Source of the DNA: Azolla caroliniana
Taxonomy: Eukaryota; Plantae; Polypodiophyta
Direction: 5' to 3'
Length of the DNA: 64,000 bases
NCBI GenBank assembly: GCA_043228905.1
Contig: JBHGNT010000003.1
Span: 3,410,001 to 3,474,000, forward strand
The notes beneath the pieces are model-generated. The model searched no databases, was not told the DNA's origin, and saw only the letters and a list, made by a program, of their open reading frames with translations. Below, one piece after another: positions 14,301-27,759 of the stretch (position 1 is its first letter; each line of letters starts with the position of its first letter). The translations under genes and the position numbers were made by a program.

Positions 14301-15549
14301 AATAAACAAATAAATTCCAAGTTCTCAAGCAATGGTAGTATACTTGGTTACTAATATCTCCTTATTTGTCCATGTCTCATGGGAAGGCATTGTTCAATTA
14401 CATGAACTCTTAGTGCTTTTCTTTGGGCTTGCTCAATAGGTCTAAATTCTAATGAATCTCTCATCTAATTTTATATTCTCTTTTTCATTCTTCGTTGATT
14501 GTTATATTCCTAATTGTTTAGGTTCACTTTTATCAATGCTCTCAATAGTTATCTATTTGACTTCTATGAGACTTGGTAAAACCAACATAAAAAATCAATG
14601 TGTAAATCTTCTGCAATATAGTAGAGTGGCATTAGACATTTTTATCATTAAGATATAAATGAGTACAACACGATTCTAGATCTTGTATTGCTTTAAAATG
14701 CATCACCTGATTTGATTGATATATTTATCTTTGGTTGCAACTTGCATATAGATCCCTATGAGTAAAGAGAGTGCTAGAATCCAATAGGTTTAATGAATAA
14801 CATTTGAGATGGATAGATGGAATAATAAGCAACAATAGTGATTTCTCATAAAATCTATTGGTCTCTCCAAAATCTTTGTTGCATGTGTGTTGCATCATAT
14901 TAGGGACTCCTACATTGTTGACAGTTTGTTTGGTCTCTCTGTTTTGTATCAAATTTTATTTTTGTATCTTCAATTATAAATTAATTTCAATGATCATCTT
15001 TCAACTCTCTCTAATTTTTTGATTTCAGGTAAACCAATATTTGAATATATATATATATATATATATAATATGTATGCATGTGTATATGTATATACACGCA
15101 TGTAAGTTCGTAACACGAGTAGAACACATAAGTTTTCACATTTTAATAAGACATTTTATAACCACTACTTAAGTTTACATATGTATATACTTTCTAGATT
15201 GATATTATGGCATTTCTCGGCTTTTAGTGATTGTGAATGACATTTATGACCTTGGTATGTTCTCAAAGTATACAATTGCTCGAGGACTCTATTCACCTTG
15301 AAGCTTGTCATATAGTGGATTGGAACGTGTTTGATTACAAACACCCATTCAACTCATTGATCGCCATCCCAAGATCAATAATAAATATACAATATTTTGT
15401 TGTTATGAGGACAATTGCTTTATAATGTCATTACGTTATACACCACCTATGTTATTATGTGTTTGAAAGCAGATTATTTCCTAGACCTATACATATTCTT
15501 AAATTGATGGCATTATTACAATAATTAAATGTTGTGATAATATATGAAC

Positions 15550-15921
15550 CATTGTCGTAAAATACTTAGCATAAAATACATGTAGAATACGTATTCTAAG
15601 TATTCTAACGTTTAAAAAAAAATACTTAGAATACGTATTTTATAGATAAAATACGTTAAATACTTAGAATACGTGTAGAATACTTGTAAAATACGTTAAA
15701 TACTTCTTAAAATTCAAAGTTTTTTTTCCAATTTTTTTTTTCAATTTTTTTTTTCAATTTTTTGAAGTGATAAATACTAGTTAAATATGTAGAACATGTC
15801 AAATTTTTAGAATGTGTCGAATACGTCAAAATTTTAAAAACGACAGTTCTAAAATGTAGAATATGTATAGAATACTTCAGAGTATTCTTAAACGTAGAAT
15901 ACATGTTTTTTAACAACTATA
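15550..15921. mobile_element. hAT-type MITE, ~372 bp
   Basis: Perfect 8-bp TSD ATATGAAC (15542-15549 and 15922-15929), imperfect TIRs (cattgtcgtaaaatac vs reverse complement tatagttgttaaaaaac), and many internal agaatacgt motifs. Confidence 0.75.
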
Positions 15922-18187
15922 ATATGAACAATTAGATCCTGATTTGAGCATAAGAAACTAACCATGCAGATGCTTTGCAAACCCTTTGCCTATGTGAAAC
16001 AATGGTTAAAAGGAAATGACAACATATATGTCCATGTCCATGTGAAACTCTAGTTAGATATAAGGAACATATTGACATTGTTCGTACAACTTCATATGAT
16101 TGTAGAAGGGCAACCTTGTCTGGTTGTAAGAACAAATGATTGCTATGCTCTTTCCATTGCACACACAACGAGAAATACAATTAGGTCTTTTCTACTTCTT
16201 ATACACGCTCAAGAGAAGCCTTCAAGTATTAACTTTTTAACCTTTTCATGTAAAGATGGTGAATCGTGATGATGGATGGATGGATGGTTCTATGACAAAT
16301 ATCCTTCCAACTTTAAAGGAGGGACCATTGTGCGATAAAAAGGTGCCTTGCATTCACTCCAACACTACAATGTTGGTCCAAATGTTTTAATTGTTTGGTT
16401 AGACATATTTATAAATAGAACAAATTTTTGAGAAATATTTAAAATATTGACTAAATTTGTACTCTTATCCTATAATTTCCATTATTTCAACTTGAAAAGT
16501 AACGTCTTTGATTGGCATAGGATATTTTCAAGTTTTCAACCATTGCTTTTTTAATGTCCCTCTCCACCCATCGTCAAAGTGATCATTGTTCAAATCTATC
16601 GCACAATCAAGATTTCCTATGTATCATCTTGGTTGGATAGTAGAAAAAGAAAAAGAGGACAAAGTGAGACTCAGAGCGCGATATATATGAATATCAAGAA
16701 AGGGGTGAGGTTTTGTGTAGGAAAAAATTCATACTTTATAATGTTGTATAGGAGTCGAGAGGGAAGGGGAGGAAGGAGTGTGAGAGGTAATGTCGGATGT
16801 AGGCTTAAAGGAAAACCATTTTCACATTTGAGGTCTATGGGCATCTTATCCTTAGAAGCGTTACATTTACGTCAATTCGCCTTACAACACATTGACGGTT
16901 TAACTTGCCCATAAGATCATCACTATTGAAATAGGAAGGGCAAGAAGGGTTATCTAAATTATCATGTTGCTTTTACTTTTAGAGAGTGCTTCTACGTAAA
17001 GAAAAAAGAAAAAGAGAGAGATTAGATTATTATTTTTTTCCAAAAAAAAACTCCTTCCATTAGTTATAAAATTTTACAAATGAGACTATTATGTACAAAT
17101 CCTTGTAGGGACGTGATAGTTCCATCTTATGTAGATGCCCACTAACTCAAGAAAGGGAGAGGATGACCATTGTTGGATGAAGGCTATTCGTTGTCTTTCA
17201 ACTCCATTGGAGCCACCCTTGAGGCCATCATATTGGCTCTTTAGAGTGGCTACAATTTCACTCCATAGAGAGAGATTATATTTGGTATATTTCCTTATTA
17301 ATGATAAATTTTTTGAAAAAAACAAACATTGATATTATGAAATCTTTGCATCTGGTGACATTGATAAAAGGAATATCAGTTTTATACTAGTATAAATATT
17401 TGCTCGATACTAAGATACGAAAGAATATATTGACTAGCATGTTTTTTGAATATAGGTCGAAAAAATGATTTTTTATGAGCCTTGGAATCTAGAGTTTAGT
17501 TAGACTATGCATTAGACCTTCATGTTTTTTAGTAAATTTAAAAAATGTTTATCGTGAATCGTGTCTTAATGGTTACGTGAACACCATATTTTAGTTGCTC
17601 ATATAATGCAAACAATTAACGTTAAATGTTGTTACCTCCAAGCCACATATATCCACCCACTTCTTCTATCCAATTTCCAACACCCTCGACGAGAATTATC
17701 CTCTTGACAAAAAAGTTGTTGCATGATCCTCATTTTCGCATTAATCAACATCTTGCCATGTCATAAGATCTAATCTTTTCATGCAACATCTCAATGCCAA
17801 TTATGGAGGCTTTGAAAGAGACCCATTAGCACAATATTAAGGTTTTAGTAAGATCATGAGGTGCCCTATTTTTAGAGCCACTTATAACATGGTCTTGCTA
17901 ATATGTAAGCTACTACAATCTACATGTCAATATTTATATGTAGTGAATAAGACCTCGATACATAAGTTCCAAAAGGCATGCATATGTGAACCACCACTCT
18001 TGCCTTGTGACTTTTGTTTGTCATCCAACCATGTACTATATGTGCATCCTCTTAATCTAGGCATGCCATTTGTATGTTTGCCCTCCTAGTATTGACATTG
18101 TTTGTCCTTCGAGTTAGAACATGTTGTCTTAACAAGGCCCAAGAACTTGGTGTCGAGGCTGTCAAAGAACAATGCTCAAAGTTGTGA

Positions 18188-18247
18188 TATAAAAAGATAA
18201 CGTCAAATAACACATTGTGCGTGCGTGCGCACGCACGCGCACACACA
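18188..18247 (+). promoter_or_regulatory. Putative core promoter of the AP2/ERF gene: TATA box plus alternating purine/pyrimidine palindrome
   Basis: TATAAAAA at 18188-18195 and a perfect 20-bp palindrome GCGTGCGTGCGCACGCACGC at 18219-18238. Confidence 0.4.
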
Positions 18248-18321
18248 AATGTATATACCTTTACAATGACAAGTGGCACAAGTATAAATCCATTAATGAT
18301 ATCATAAAGAAGAGGATTGAG

Positions 18322-20067
18322 ATGAAGAAGAAGGATACAAACACAAATTCTTCTAGTCATATTAAGAGTGTTAGTACTTTCCATGGCCTTATTCTTTGTG
18401 AACATGAACAACAAGAATCAACAAGTTCTCATTCTTCCCTTAGCTTTCCTTCTATTTCAGTTGGTTCTATTTCCCTCATGAACCCTAACCCTAATAATAA
18501 TGATGCTGATAATGGTACAACTCATGGAAATATTGAAAATGACCATGATTCATTAATACATATTAACAACAACAACAACAATCATAAGCCAAGGAAAATG
18601 AAGTTGTACAAAGGTGTGCGGCAAAGGCAATGGGGAAAATGGGTGGCAGAGATTCGACTCCCACGCAATTCGCGGCGTTTGTGGTTGGGCACATTTGACT
18701 CCGCGCTCGATGCAGCACTTGCGTATGATCGTGCCGCTCATCGTCTTCGTGGCCACAAGGCCAAACTTAATTTCCCCTATGATCTCTTCAACCAATATAA
18801 TAACCATGAATCCCCTAATAGCCATCTAGGCACCCAACCCAGTAGAAATAGTGTTGTCACTCCCAATAACAAGGGCAACAATATTAATAGTAGTAACAAT
18901 AAGAAGAAGAAGAAGAAGACTCTTAATAATGTTGCTTACACTACCCAACTTTGCCAACCTATTAATAATTCCCACATGCTCTCTAATTGCACATCCATCC
19001 ACCATTTCAACAATGTTATTGAGCCAAAATTGATGCCAAGCACATCCTTTCCTCTTGCGTTTTCTCCTATATTCAACGATGGATGCAACTCCACACCAGC
19101 AAATCATAGTGCATGTAGCTCCTCTAATTATAATAGCACTCCTAGCTACCAAAGTCATGCATGTCATGACTCGACCTTGCTAATCGATATTGACCATCTT
19201 AAGTCCTTCAAAAATATTGATCCTCATCATGATTCCTACTTCATGCCAAACTTAATGAACAATGTCATCGCTAGCTCCTCATTCAATCCTCCTACACTCA
19301 ACAACGCATTAAAGGTCACTAGGTCCTTGTCTAGTACTCCCTTGGTGAGCTCCCATAGAAATTCTAGTTCTTGGGGAACTAATCTCTCAACAAAATTCCC
19401 AAGCATTAATAAAATAATTCATGGCTCATCCTCTAGTACTCCCTTAAAGAATTCCCCTAGAAATGATATTATCACAGTGGCCTCCTCTAATGCTAATGGT
19501 GTCTTAGGGAATCCTCCCTCACATGATCAACAACACTACGATCAATTTGATGACTACTTTGCTAGCAATCTTAACCAATATTGCTCGATCATTAATCATC
19601 CCCTCTCATGCACAACATCCTACATCGACATCAACCATGGGCATCTTGTCAACCAAAACACACCTCCAACATCTGAAAGTACCGTGATCAATGATGTAAT
19701 GAATATCACTTATGCTTCTTCCCTAGTATCAACTAGCACTTCTCCAAATATCAACCAAAGTGTTGACCAATGTGATCTCTTCTTGTCAACCACCTTGTTC
19801 AACAATGTGACTTTGAATTGCCCCTTGTCAAGCAATGTTGATAGTTGTAGCACCCTCATGGATTCTTCATTAACCATGAACCATAATTTGTTCTATGAAC
19901 TACCAATCTCAAACATCACCTCTCCAAACATCATCAACCAATGTGACCAACACTACTACGATTCCCCCATGTTGTCACATAATGTAGATGTCCTCTCTAC
20001 TCCAACACCATCATGGGGTGAACTTGATCTAATGATCATGGATCAATATGACATAGAAATTCTATAG
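18322..20067 (+). CDS. AP2/ERF transcription factor, DREB A-6/group I (RAP2.4-like), intronless, with long N/S/H-rich C-terminus. Start is ATG 18322 or 18478.
   Basis: Long uninterrupted ORF. AP2 domain [59 protein letters not shown] with the WVAEIRLP signature of group I. Poly-K NLS-like run and terminal PSWGELD. Confidence 0.92.
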   Translation: MKKKDTNTNSSSHIKSVSTFHGLILCEHEQQESTSSHSSLSFPSISVGSISLMNPNPNNNDADNGTTHGNIENDHDSLIHINNNNNNHKPRKMKLYKGVRQRQWGKWVAEIRLPRNSRRLWLGTFDSALDAALAYDRAAHRLRGHKAKLNFPYDLFNQYNNHESPNSHLGTQPSRNSVVTPNNKGNNINSSNNKKKKKKTLNNVAYTTQLCQPINNSHMLSNCTSIHHFNNVIEPKLMPSTSFPLAFSPIFNDGCNSTPANHSACSSSNYNSTPSYQSHACHDSTLLIDIDHLKSFKNIDPHHDSYFMPNLMNNVIASSSFNPPTLNNALKVTRSLSSTPLVSSHRNSSSWGTNLSTKFPSINKIIHGSSSSTPLKNSPRNDIITVASSNANGVLGNPPSHDQQHYDQFDDYFASNLNQYCSIINHPLSCTTSYIDINHGHLVNQNTPPTSESTVINDVMNITYASSLVSTSTSPNINQSVDQCDLFLSTTLFNNVTLNCPLSSNVDSCSTLMDSSLTMNHNLFYELPISNITSPNIINQCDQHYYDSPMLSHNVDVLSTPTPSWGELDLMIMDQYDIEIL

Positions 20068-21719
20068 AATTCATCATCACTTAATTTTCCATCACAAGTC
20101 TAGTTGTTATATAAACATATATATTACATGTATTACATGATGAGTATTCATAATTAGAGTGAACTCTTAAAGGTTGGTTAACCATATGTTAAACATATTG
20201 TACCCATACACATTTTTATCCTTGTAATGATTCTCAAAGTTTGTGTATTGCTTCCAAAAGTTATAGTAAGAAAATGAATGTTGGTTAGATACAAAGGAAC
20301 TTATTGACCCAACAAGGATATATGGTAGAGAGTTGTTATATTAATGCAACAATTGCACTTTTGAAAGCTTGTGTAGTAGTTGTTCATATGCCTATATAAG
20401 ACTACATGGCCAATAAATTAATAACGAAGTATCACTTGTTGGCCTGATCATGAAGCTAACATTAATCCACACGAGTAAATTTATGGCTAGACCCAAGCAT
20501 TTCTAATCTCTTGAGATATCCAACAAGATATATCACAATATCCCCAACTTGGTAAACCCATTTATTGATGAGTGTTTAGTCTCTAGCCTCAAATTGACTC
20601 ATAATTGCATTTAGATATATAGTTATACATTGTTATTTGAGTATGTTGGCATCTCAACTCATTGATTATGGTAAATGGAGAGTAAACCTTCATAATCATT
20701 TTGAATTGAGTTCTTGCACATCATAATATTGATGATGGATTCAATAGTCATAACTTGAAGCATTTAAATGATTCATGGAAGTATCCAACTGATTATTAGA
20801 ATATTTTGGTATTCATGACTCCAATAACTGAAATTTCCCTTTTAGGACTCCATTTACTATGTTACTTCTTGTATTTGCAAGAAATGGATGCAATATTTTT
20901 ACCAAAACAATAATATATTCATTTGAAAGGTATATATTAGATCCAAGCATTTGTTGTCCTTGGGTGTTTGGGTTACTGTATCATTTATGGTTTACTTTGT
21001 GCAAATTGACTTGTAGATCCTAGTATGTATAAGACATGTCATTAAGTTGGATAAGGTGTGCATTAAATTGGATAAGGTGTGCTTCATTTCTATAAATATG
21101 AACAACAATGCTAGCTAGAATTTAGAAAACCTCCACATTTACCATTGATCGTAGTTTTAACACAAGAAAAACTTGCCGATCAATCATATTCATCCAAAAG
21201 GTATAGTATCACATGAGTGGTAGGAAATAAAGACATAACTTTGTATAGCTTTTTCACTCAATTTTGTTAGATGTTCATAAATGGATTGATGGTGTAATTA
21301 GAAAACGAATCTATTAATAGCTTTCTATGAGTTGCAATTATTACATTTCATGTCAATCTTATCGTTGAGTATATTATTTTATAAACAATAGGTTGTTGGT
21401 CGTGATTCGTTCCATTTTCCTACCATAATAATGACTTGAGCATTTTCGTAGATCGATGAATGCACGTAGGTTTAGTTTATGAAACGTGGTTCGCTCTCAA
21501 TATTTGTTTGTTATCATGTGAGTAATAAACCAAGGTCGGTCAACAAGTCCTATTGATGACTATGGAAACTTTGATTGGTTGGTTGTACCAATACTAACGT
21601 TAAGGAGTTTTAGTGAATATAAATTTGATTATTTGTTCGTGACTCAATGCACTGAACTATAATTATGGTAGCCTTTCAAGCTTATGGCCTCCTAGTTTGC
21701 CCAATTTAATAGTATACAT

Positions 21720-22745
21720 ATTGTATATAATATGACCCTTTCATGAACTCACTTATCATTTGTGAGTGTTTATTAGCTAACATATGTTGAATTAAAGCAT
21801 GTTTTATGGTTAGCTAGCTTGCCACCTCTTTTATCCCATGGGTCAAATAAAAGTATGACACTCCACAATATATAAGGATGAAAGTTGTGATCATAAGTTA
21901 AGTTCATAGACTAAATGCAATTACAATATGTCATGTTAACAATGGTATAGGAGTTAATGTATAGCCAATGAGAAAGATGGGAGATTCTTGAGTTGGTCCA
22001 CAATCATATAATGTTGAATGTGAAAGTGCACAAGCACTCTGCCATGGCATGTAGTTTAGGAGGGTTAATGTATCTAAGCCAATGAGAAAATGACAGCAAT
22101 GGGATGATCCATGTTCAATATAGTCGATGTGTGGGTAGGCTAAGATGGAGAGGTCATTAAATAGCACACATATGGTTGTTTATATATTGGACAATAGTGG
22201 CTTTATGTGCCTACGAAATCATTGTTGGTTCAACACACTTTCTAGTATATATTCAGGTATATACTATGGGACTTTTCATGAAGTCACTTATCATTTGTGA
22301 GTTTTTATTAGCTAACATATATTGAATTAAAGTATGGTTTGATTGTTAGCTAGCTTACCATCTTGTACATCCCATGGGTCAGTTAAAAGTATGACATCTC
22401 ACAATATGTAAGGGTGAAAGTTGTGATAACCTAAGAATCATAACCTAAGTGCTCTTACATTACGCCATATTAACAATAGTATAGGATACATTAATGTATA
22501 GCCATATAAATGCAACACGACAAAAAGCGAAAGATTCTTTATTTAGTGGCAAGTGCATAATCATATAATGTTTGGCGTGAAAGTGCTAGTACACTCGTCC
22601 AAGAGCCGTGTTTAAGAGGCTATAACAAGCGAGAAAATGACAATTGGCGGGTGGTCCATGTTCAATGTATTGTATGCATGGGTAGGTAATTTGGACAAGT
22701 CATTAATAACACACAAATGATTATTGTTATTATATTGGATGGTAG
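21720..22745 (+). repeat. Old diverged tandem duplication (~535 bp period)
   Basis: tttcatgaa.tcac..tatcatttgtgagt.tttattagctaacatat recurs at about 21739 and 22274, with colinear similarity for ~450 bp. Confidence 0.8.
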
Positions 22746-23524
22746 GGCCAACAAGGCCGACTTTGCTCTTATGTGAAGTCAGTACATGGGTATAATAAGG
22801 CCAATGCTAGGGTGAATACATAATCTCATTTTGAACCACACATCACGAACAATATTCAAATGTTGGCACCATTGGCTAGCATTGGCTTTCATATTCTTGG
22901 TCCACATTGTTTATAAGATTGCACCATTAATCATCAATATAGTTCTATTCAAACAACATGTTGCACCTTTCATGAGATCATGTGATCAAAAGACCTACAT
23001 TAACATATTAATTTCATGTAGTCATCGTTGATCTAATTCTTTGATGTTTGAATACTGGTGACATGTTTATAATGATGAATGTTGAAGTTGTAGTTAACAA
23101 ATATCAAACAATCGGGTGAATCTATTGTTATTATATTGGATGGTAGGGCCAACAAGGCCGACTTTGCTCTTATGTGAAGTCAGTACATGGGTATAATAAG
23201 GCCAATGCTAGGGTGAATACATAATCTCATTTTGAACCACACATCACGAACAATATTCAAATGTTGGCACCATTGGCTAGCATTGGCTTTCATATTCTTG
23301 GTCCACATTGTTTATAAGATTGCACCATTAATCATCAATATAGTTCTATTCAAACAACATGTTGCACCTTTCATGAGATCATGTGATCAAAAGACCTACA
23401 TTAACATATTAATTTCATGTAGTCATCGTTGATCTAATTCTTTGATGTTTGAATACTGGTGACATGTTTATAATGATGAATGTTGAAGTTGTAGTTAACA
23501 AATATCAAACAATCGGGTGAATCT
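22722..23524 (+). repeat. Tandem duplication, 2 x 401 bp
   Basis: tattgttattatattggatggtagggcc at 22722 and 23123. Identical 66-aa ORFs at 22831 and 23232 confirm the period. Confidence 0.97.
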
Positions 23525-24284
23525 TTAAAAAAACTTAGTCATAAAAATAGCCAAAAGTATTGATAATTCTTGAAAACTAACAATTTACGATTAATAGCTT
23601 TTCATGTTCTCTTTGTTGGTGTCCCAGGTAACAACCTAAGAAGATAGGATATCGTAGGAACTATATGGTTTGAGGCAACATATGACATATAAAGAATGTC
23701 CATTCTTGGGATTTCTAGTTCATGAATTTCTCAAGGATTTTCCAATATCCCTAACCCTAACATACAAGAAATCATTAATATCCTACATATGCTCTGTATC
23801 CTCTTGAGCGATGCAATGTTCAAAAGCTCCTATGAGATGTCAAGTTCATGTTCCACACATTGAGGCCAGTCCACCCATAGATTGATTTTGGACAAAAACC
23901 TATGTCACTCTTTTCTCAAAAAAACTCTTCTATGATTTCATCTGCCTCACATGCTCACACAAAGGGTAACTTTATCCCCATCAACCTAGCTTCTATTGAT
24001 TGTCACAACCCCCATCACCCAATGTTTCCTTGTCATGTCTTCAAGTTCATTCTATAAATTGTTTTCCTCTAGGAAACCACCACCCCGATGTATCTTTGTG
24101 TATAATGTAAATATATCAATATTAATTGTTGATGCTTATCATTTTTCTTAATTGAGTGCTTAATCTTTATTTTATGTAATTGTGAGACTCAAAGACTCGA
24201 GCAATAATAAGTAAAGCTAGAATAGGTAATAATATTTTCCAATTCAAATACATTTGTTGACAAAAATTGTAAATATATGCATCA

Positions 24285-24735
24285 AGGTGGAAACTAGGGT
24301 TCTAAGTTAGGACACTTGTGAATGTTTTATAGCTTCGTTTCCTCTATCCTTTTATTTCCTCTCCATTGACTACCTATCTTGACGCCAAATCATGAAGGGT
24401 GTTTTGGGCATTTTGCAAAAATTTAACTCATCATGACTATTTTTGTGATTTTGCAAAGTTTAGACCTTTTTTGGCTTCTTATTTCTTCCACCCCTTTCTT
24501 TACTATCACAGGTGGAAACTAGGGCTCTAAGTTAGGACGCTTGTGAATGTTTTATAGGTTCGTTTCCTCTATCCTTTTATTTCCTCTCCATTGACTACCT
24601 ATCATGACGCCAAATCATGAAGGGTATTTTGGGCATTTTGCAAAAATTTAACTCATCATGACTATTTTTGTGATTTTGCAAAGTTTAGACCTTTTTTGGC
24701 TTCTTATTTCTTCCACCCCTTTCTTTACTATCACA
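24285..24735 (+). repeat. Tandem duplication, 2 x 225 bp
   Basis: aggtggaaactaggg at 24285 and 24510, about 5 mismatches. Confidence 0.95.
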
Positions 24736-25158
24736 TTCAATTTAACATGTATGTGTTAATTTCACTATAATTCTTTGCATGTCTCAAATGCATCATGACA
24801 ACCTATGAGTGTGTCCTGTAAGTTGTATCTTTGAAATTTCAAATTGTGTACTTCGAGATTTGAACATGTGTACTTTTAGACACTTTAGCACAACAATGAC
24901 CTTAAAATACAAAGAAAATTCTCCTCTAATGTCAAAAATATCTTTTATGAGAGATATATTGAAAACTAAATGTCTTCCTCAAAGGCGATGGATGATCAAT
25001 AAAATGGTGTCTATGCGACATGCCCAACCATGAGTTTAGTCTAGACTTAGTTTGAAATTTCCGTTGAAATTTGTTTACCAAAATGAGAAGAATACAGAAG
25101 AATCCTTGTGTGGACAAACTTCGGTTGGATAGTGTCACGCTCGTGCTTTGCACTTGGT

Positions 25159-25210
25159 CGGAGGAAATGGGATTCGAACCCATGATACAAGAAGATTGTA
25201 TGTTGATTTA
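25159..25210 (-). pseudogene. 3' half of a tRNA-Ser resembling plant mitochondrial trnS-GCU (probable NUMT fragment)
   Basis: Minus strand reads TAAATCAACATACAATCTTCTTGTATCATGGGTTCGAATCCCATTTCCTCCG: long variable-arm hairpin, perfect T arm and 3' acceptor strand. It matches my recollection of mt trnS-GCU. The 5' half is absent. Confidence 0.7.
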
Positions 25211-25606
25211 CCTTCGAATTATTTGTGAAGTTTTTTACACATCTATTTTTCATCTTAATAAAGTAAGTTGACAAAACTATTTTACACGATATATCAAAAA
25301 CGAATATATAAAATGCAAGTAGAGCATATCATTCAAATTTGATGGTGCAAGACCAAAAAGGTAATACATGTCGTACGCCATCAAGGAAGTTGATAGGAAA
25401 GCTTTGACAATGATGCATCATGCAACTATGTATACAATTACACCTGAAAAAAAAATGGGTTTACAGTGAATATAAGATAATAACACAAATATATGAAGAC
25501 TTTTATTTAGTTAAATTTAAATCATGGATGGAAGGTAAACCAACTCTTGTAAAACTAGTAGATACAAATATTACAAGATCTTATATCATAAGTATAATAT
25601 TGGCTC

Positions 25607-25834
25607 ACTAAATGTGATTATGACTACCATGGGAAACTTCCCAAATGTAATGATATCGATGGAACATTACTCGATTATCCATATTTCGAAGTTTTAAGAC
25701 TTTGTTTGTCTTATAGCGACTAAATGTGATTACGACTACCATGGGAAAATTCCCAAAGGTAATGATATCAATGGAACATTACTCGATTATTAATATTTTG
25801 AAGTTTTAAGACTTTGTTTTAGCTCTTATAACGA
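25607..25834 (+). repeat. Tandem duplication, 2 x ~112 bp, moderately diverged
   Basis: actaaatgtgatta.gactaccatgggaaa at 25607 and 25719. Confidence 0.9.
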
Positions 25835-26202
25835 TGATATATACATGAATGTGTTAAAAATGAACAAGTTTGTGCATTTTATTTCTAAATATCAAGATTT
25901 ACATTTGCTTAAAATGTAAACTATGATGAGCACTTCATAACAAATCATGTTAACCGTTTCACAAAAACTAGAGCTACCACATAAACCTTTGTATGTGTGT
26001 GAAAACCAGAAAGTCTAAAAAATCATATTATGTAACCATTTGTCATGCTCCATGCATAGTTGGTGAGTGATATCAACAAATTTTCCTATATTCACTTCTT
26101 TATGATAATCTTATCATGCGAAAATCCTAAACCCTAATTATTGTACTATGATAATCCCATGTTTGCATGCAACAAATGATGTTGGCTCACCATGGTTATT
26201 GT

Positions 26203-26506
26203 TAGAAATCGGCAACGGTTTGGTTTTGTCTTACCTTGTCCAAACCAAATTGGTTAAGCCTTAACTGGTTTGGAAGTTTTCAAACTTGAACTAAACTAGT
26301 TCCTAAACCAGTTTAGGAATCAGTTTGGACAAACCGTTTAGCCTTAATTGGTTTTTCCTAATCTGGCTTGGTTCATCTTCAGCCTTGATAAACTGAGCTC
26401 AAATTGGTTTACGAAGCTCAAGCCTAAACCGAATCAAACCACCAATCCGTTTTAAAACGGTTTAACGACTCGGTTTGGGCTTGACCCTTTCCATTGTTGA
26501 CTCTTA
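26203..26506. mobile_element. hAT-type MITE, 304 bp
   Basis: Perfect 8-bp TSD GTTATTGT (26195-26202 and 26507-26514). 16-bp TIRs tagaaatcggcaacgg vs reverse complement taagagtcaacaatgg differ only by transitions. Interior rich in aaacc/ggttt. Confidence 0.85.
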
Positions 26507-26566
26507 GTTATTGTAATATCCCATGCTATTTGTTTGTGGTGCGTATGTCCTATGCTCATTGACAAT

Positions 26567-26915
26567 CGTGAGCCATACACACAATCATAATGATAATTCA
26601 ATATGAACATTGGTCTCTTTTAGAAACTATTATTTCATGTCGACACATTGTGGTTATTATCATCATATGCCCATCTCACTTATTCATCAAACTTAGAACA
26701 TGATGTTCATCACCAAGTAAACCATCTCATGTTAGTAGTGACTCGTGAGATATATACAATAACCTTTCATGAGGCATACACACAATAACCAATGATAATT
26801 CAATAGGAACTTTGGTCGTCTGTTTTAGAAACCATCATTTAATGTTGACACTATGGTTAGTATCAATATATGCCCATCTCACTGCTTCATTAAACATAGA
26901 CCCTAATGTTCACGA
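26567..26915 (+). repeat. ~200-bp satellite-like array, left part
   Basis: Unit (gagccatacacacaat...ttttagaaaccaccatttcatgtcgacacattgtggttat...gcccatctcact...ctaatgttcac) is shared with 29793-30720. Confidence 0.85.
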
Positions 26916-27477
26916 AACACCGGGACATTTGAAATAGGTAATATGTGGCATTTTAAGAATTGTCCGTCAAAAAATGACACAAAATAGGCTGATTCACAAA
27001 AATGGGTGCCACGTACATAAAGGATTTTAAAAAATGACCCCAAAATATATTGATTTCTAGCATGTACAGAAATTTAGGTGTTCTAAATAATGCCTAAATA
27101 ATGGACATGCCAAACTTACAAATGAATGACCAAAACGACTACCACCTATATTTATAGAAATTCATAAATATAGATTTTGATGTACAATACAATTTACTTT
27201 CATGTATGTATTAGAACCATAGATTGACATTTCGTATTCGTGGAGGTTACCAAACGAATGCATATGAATACGCACATGAATGCATGAAATTTAAAAACAA
27301 AATGGAGTTCGTAAAGTCCCTACTTTTTAGTTTCTTAGATATATGATTATATCACATAATTTATAGGGAAAAGTACCAGGATACCCCTGGAAGTTCATCT
27401 ATTTACCAGAATGCCCCTGGAAGTTCCAAATTTACCAAACTACCCCTATGTCCAAAAAATTACACTTTATAAAGTAA

Positions 27478-27702
27478 TTATACACTCAAATTATCCAGTA
27501 TACATCTTTCTTGAATAAAACCTATTTGGGTGATATGAATCAAATCATGTAAGAAAGGTTGCACTCTCAATGACAATGTTTTTGCGAAGATTTTATATAT
27601 TGTATTTAACAAAGTTATTGGTCTCCATTTTCTAATATCATTTGATATACCTTCAACCTTAGGTATTAAATAAATCAAGCCAACTACCATACTACTAGGC
27701 AT
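27478..27702 (-). mobile_element. LINE reverse transcriptase fragment nested in the TIR element
   Basis: GLIYLIPK...WRPITLLNTIYKIFAK...QIGFIQERCILDN is the canonical N-terminal portion of L1-type RT. Confidence 0.9.
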
Positions 27703-27759
27703 GTACCCAATGTCAAAAATTCAACTTTTAAATAAATTTTAATTAAATAAAAAAACAAC

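Noticed and set aside
22831-23432. Identical short ORF pairs (22831/23232; also 37231/37430 and 32661/32777) as duplicated genes
   Set aside because: They are by-products of tandem duplication of non-coding DNA, with no domain features, and several start at non-ATG codons.
25159-25210. Functional tRNA gene
   Set aside because: The D arm, 5' acceptor strand and intact anticodon arm are missing.
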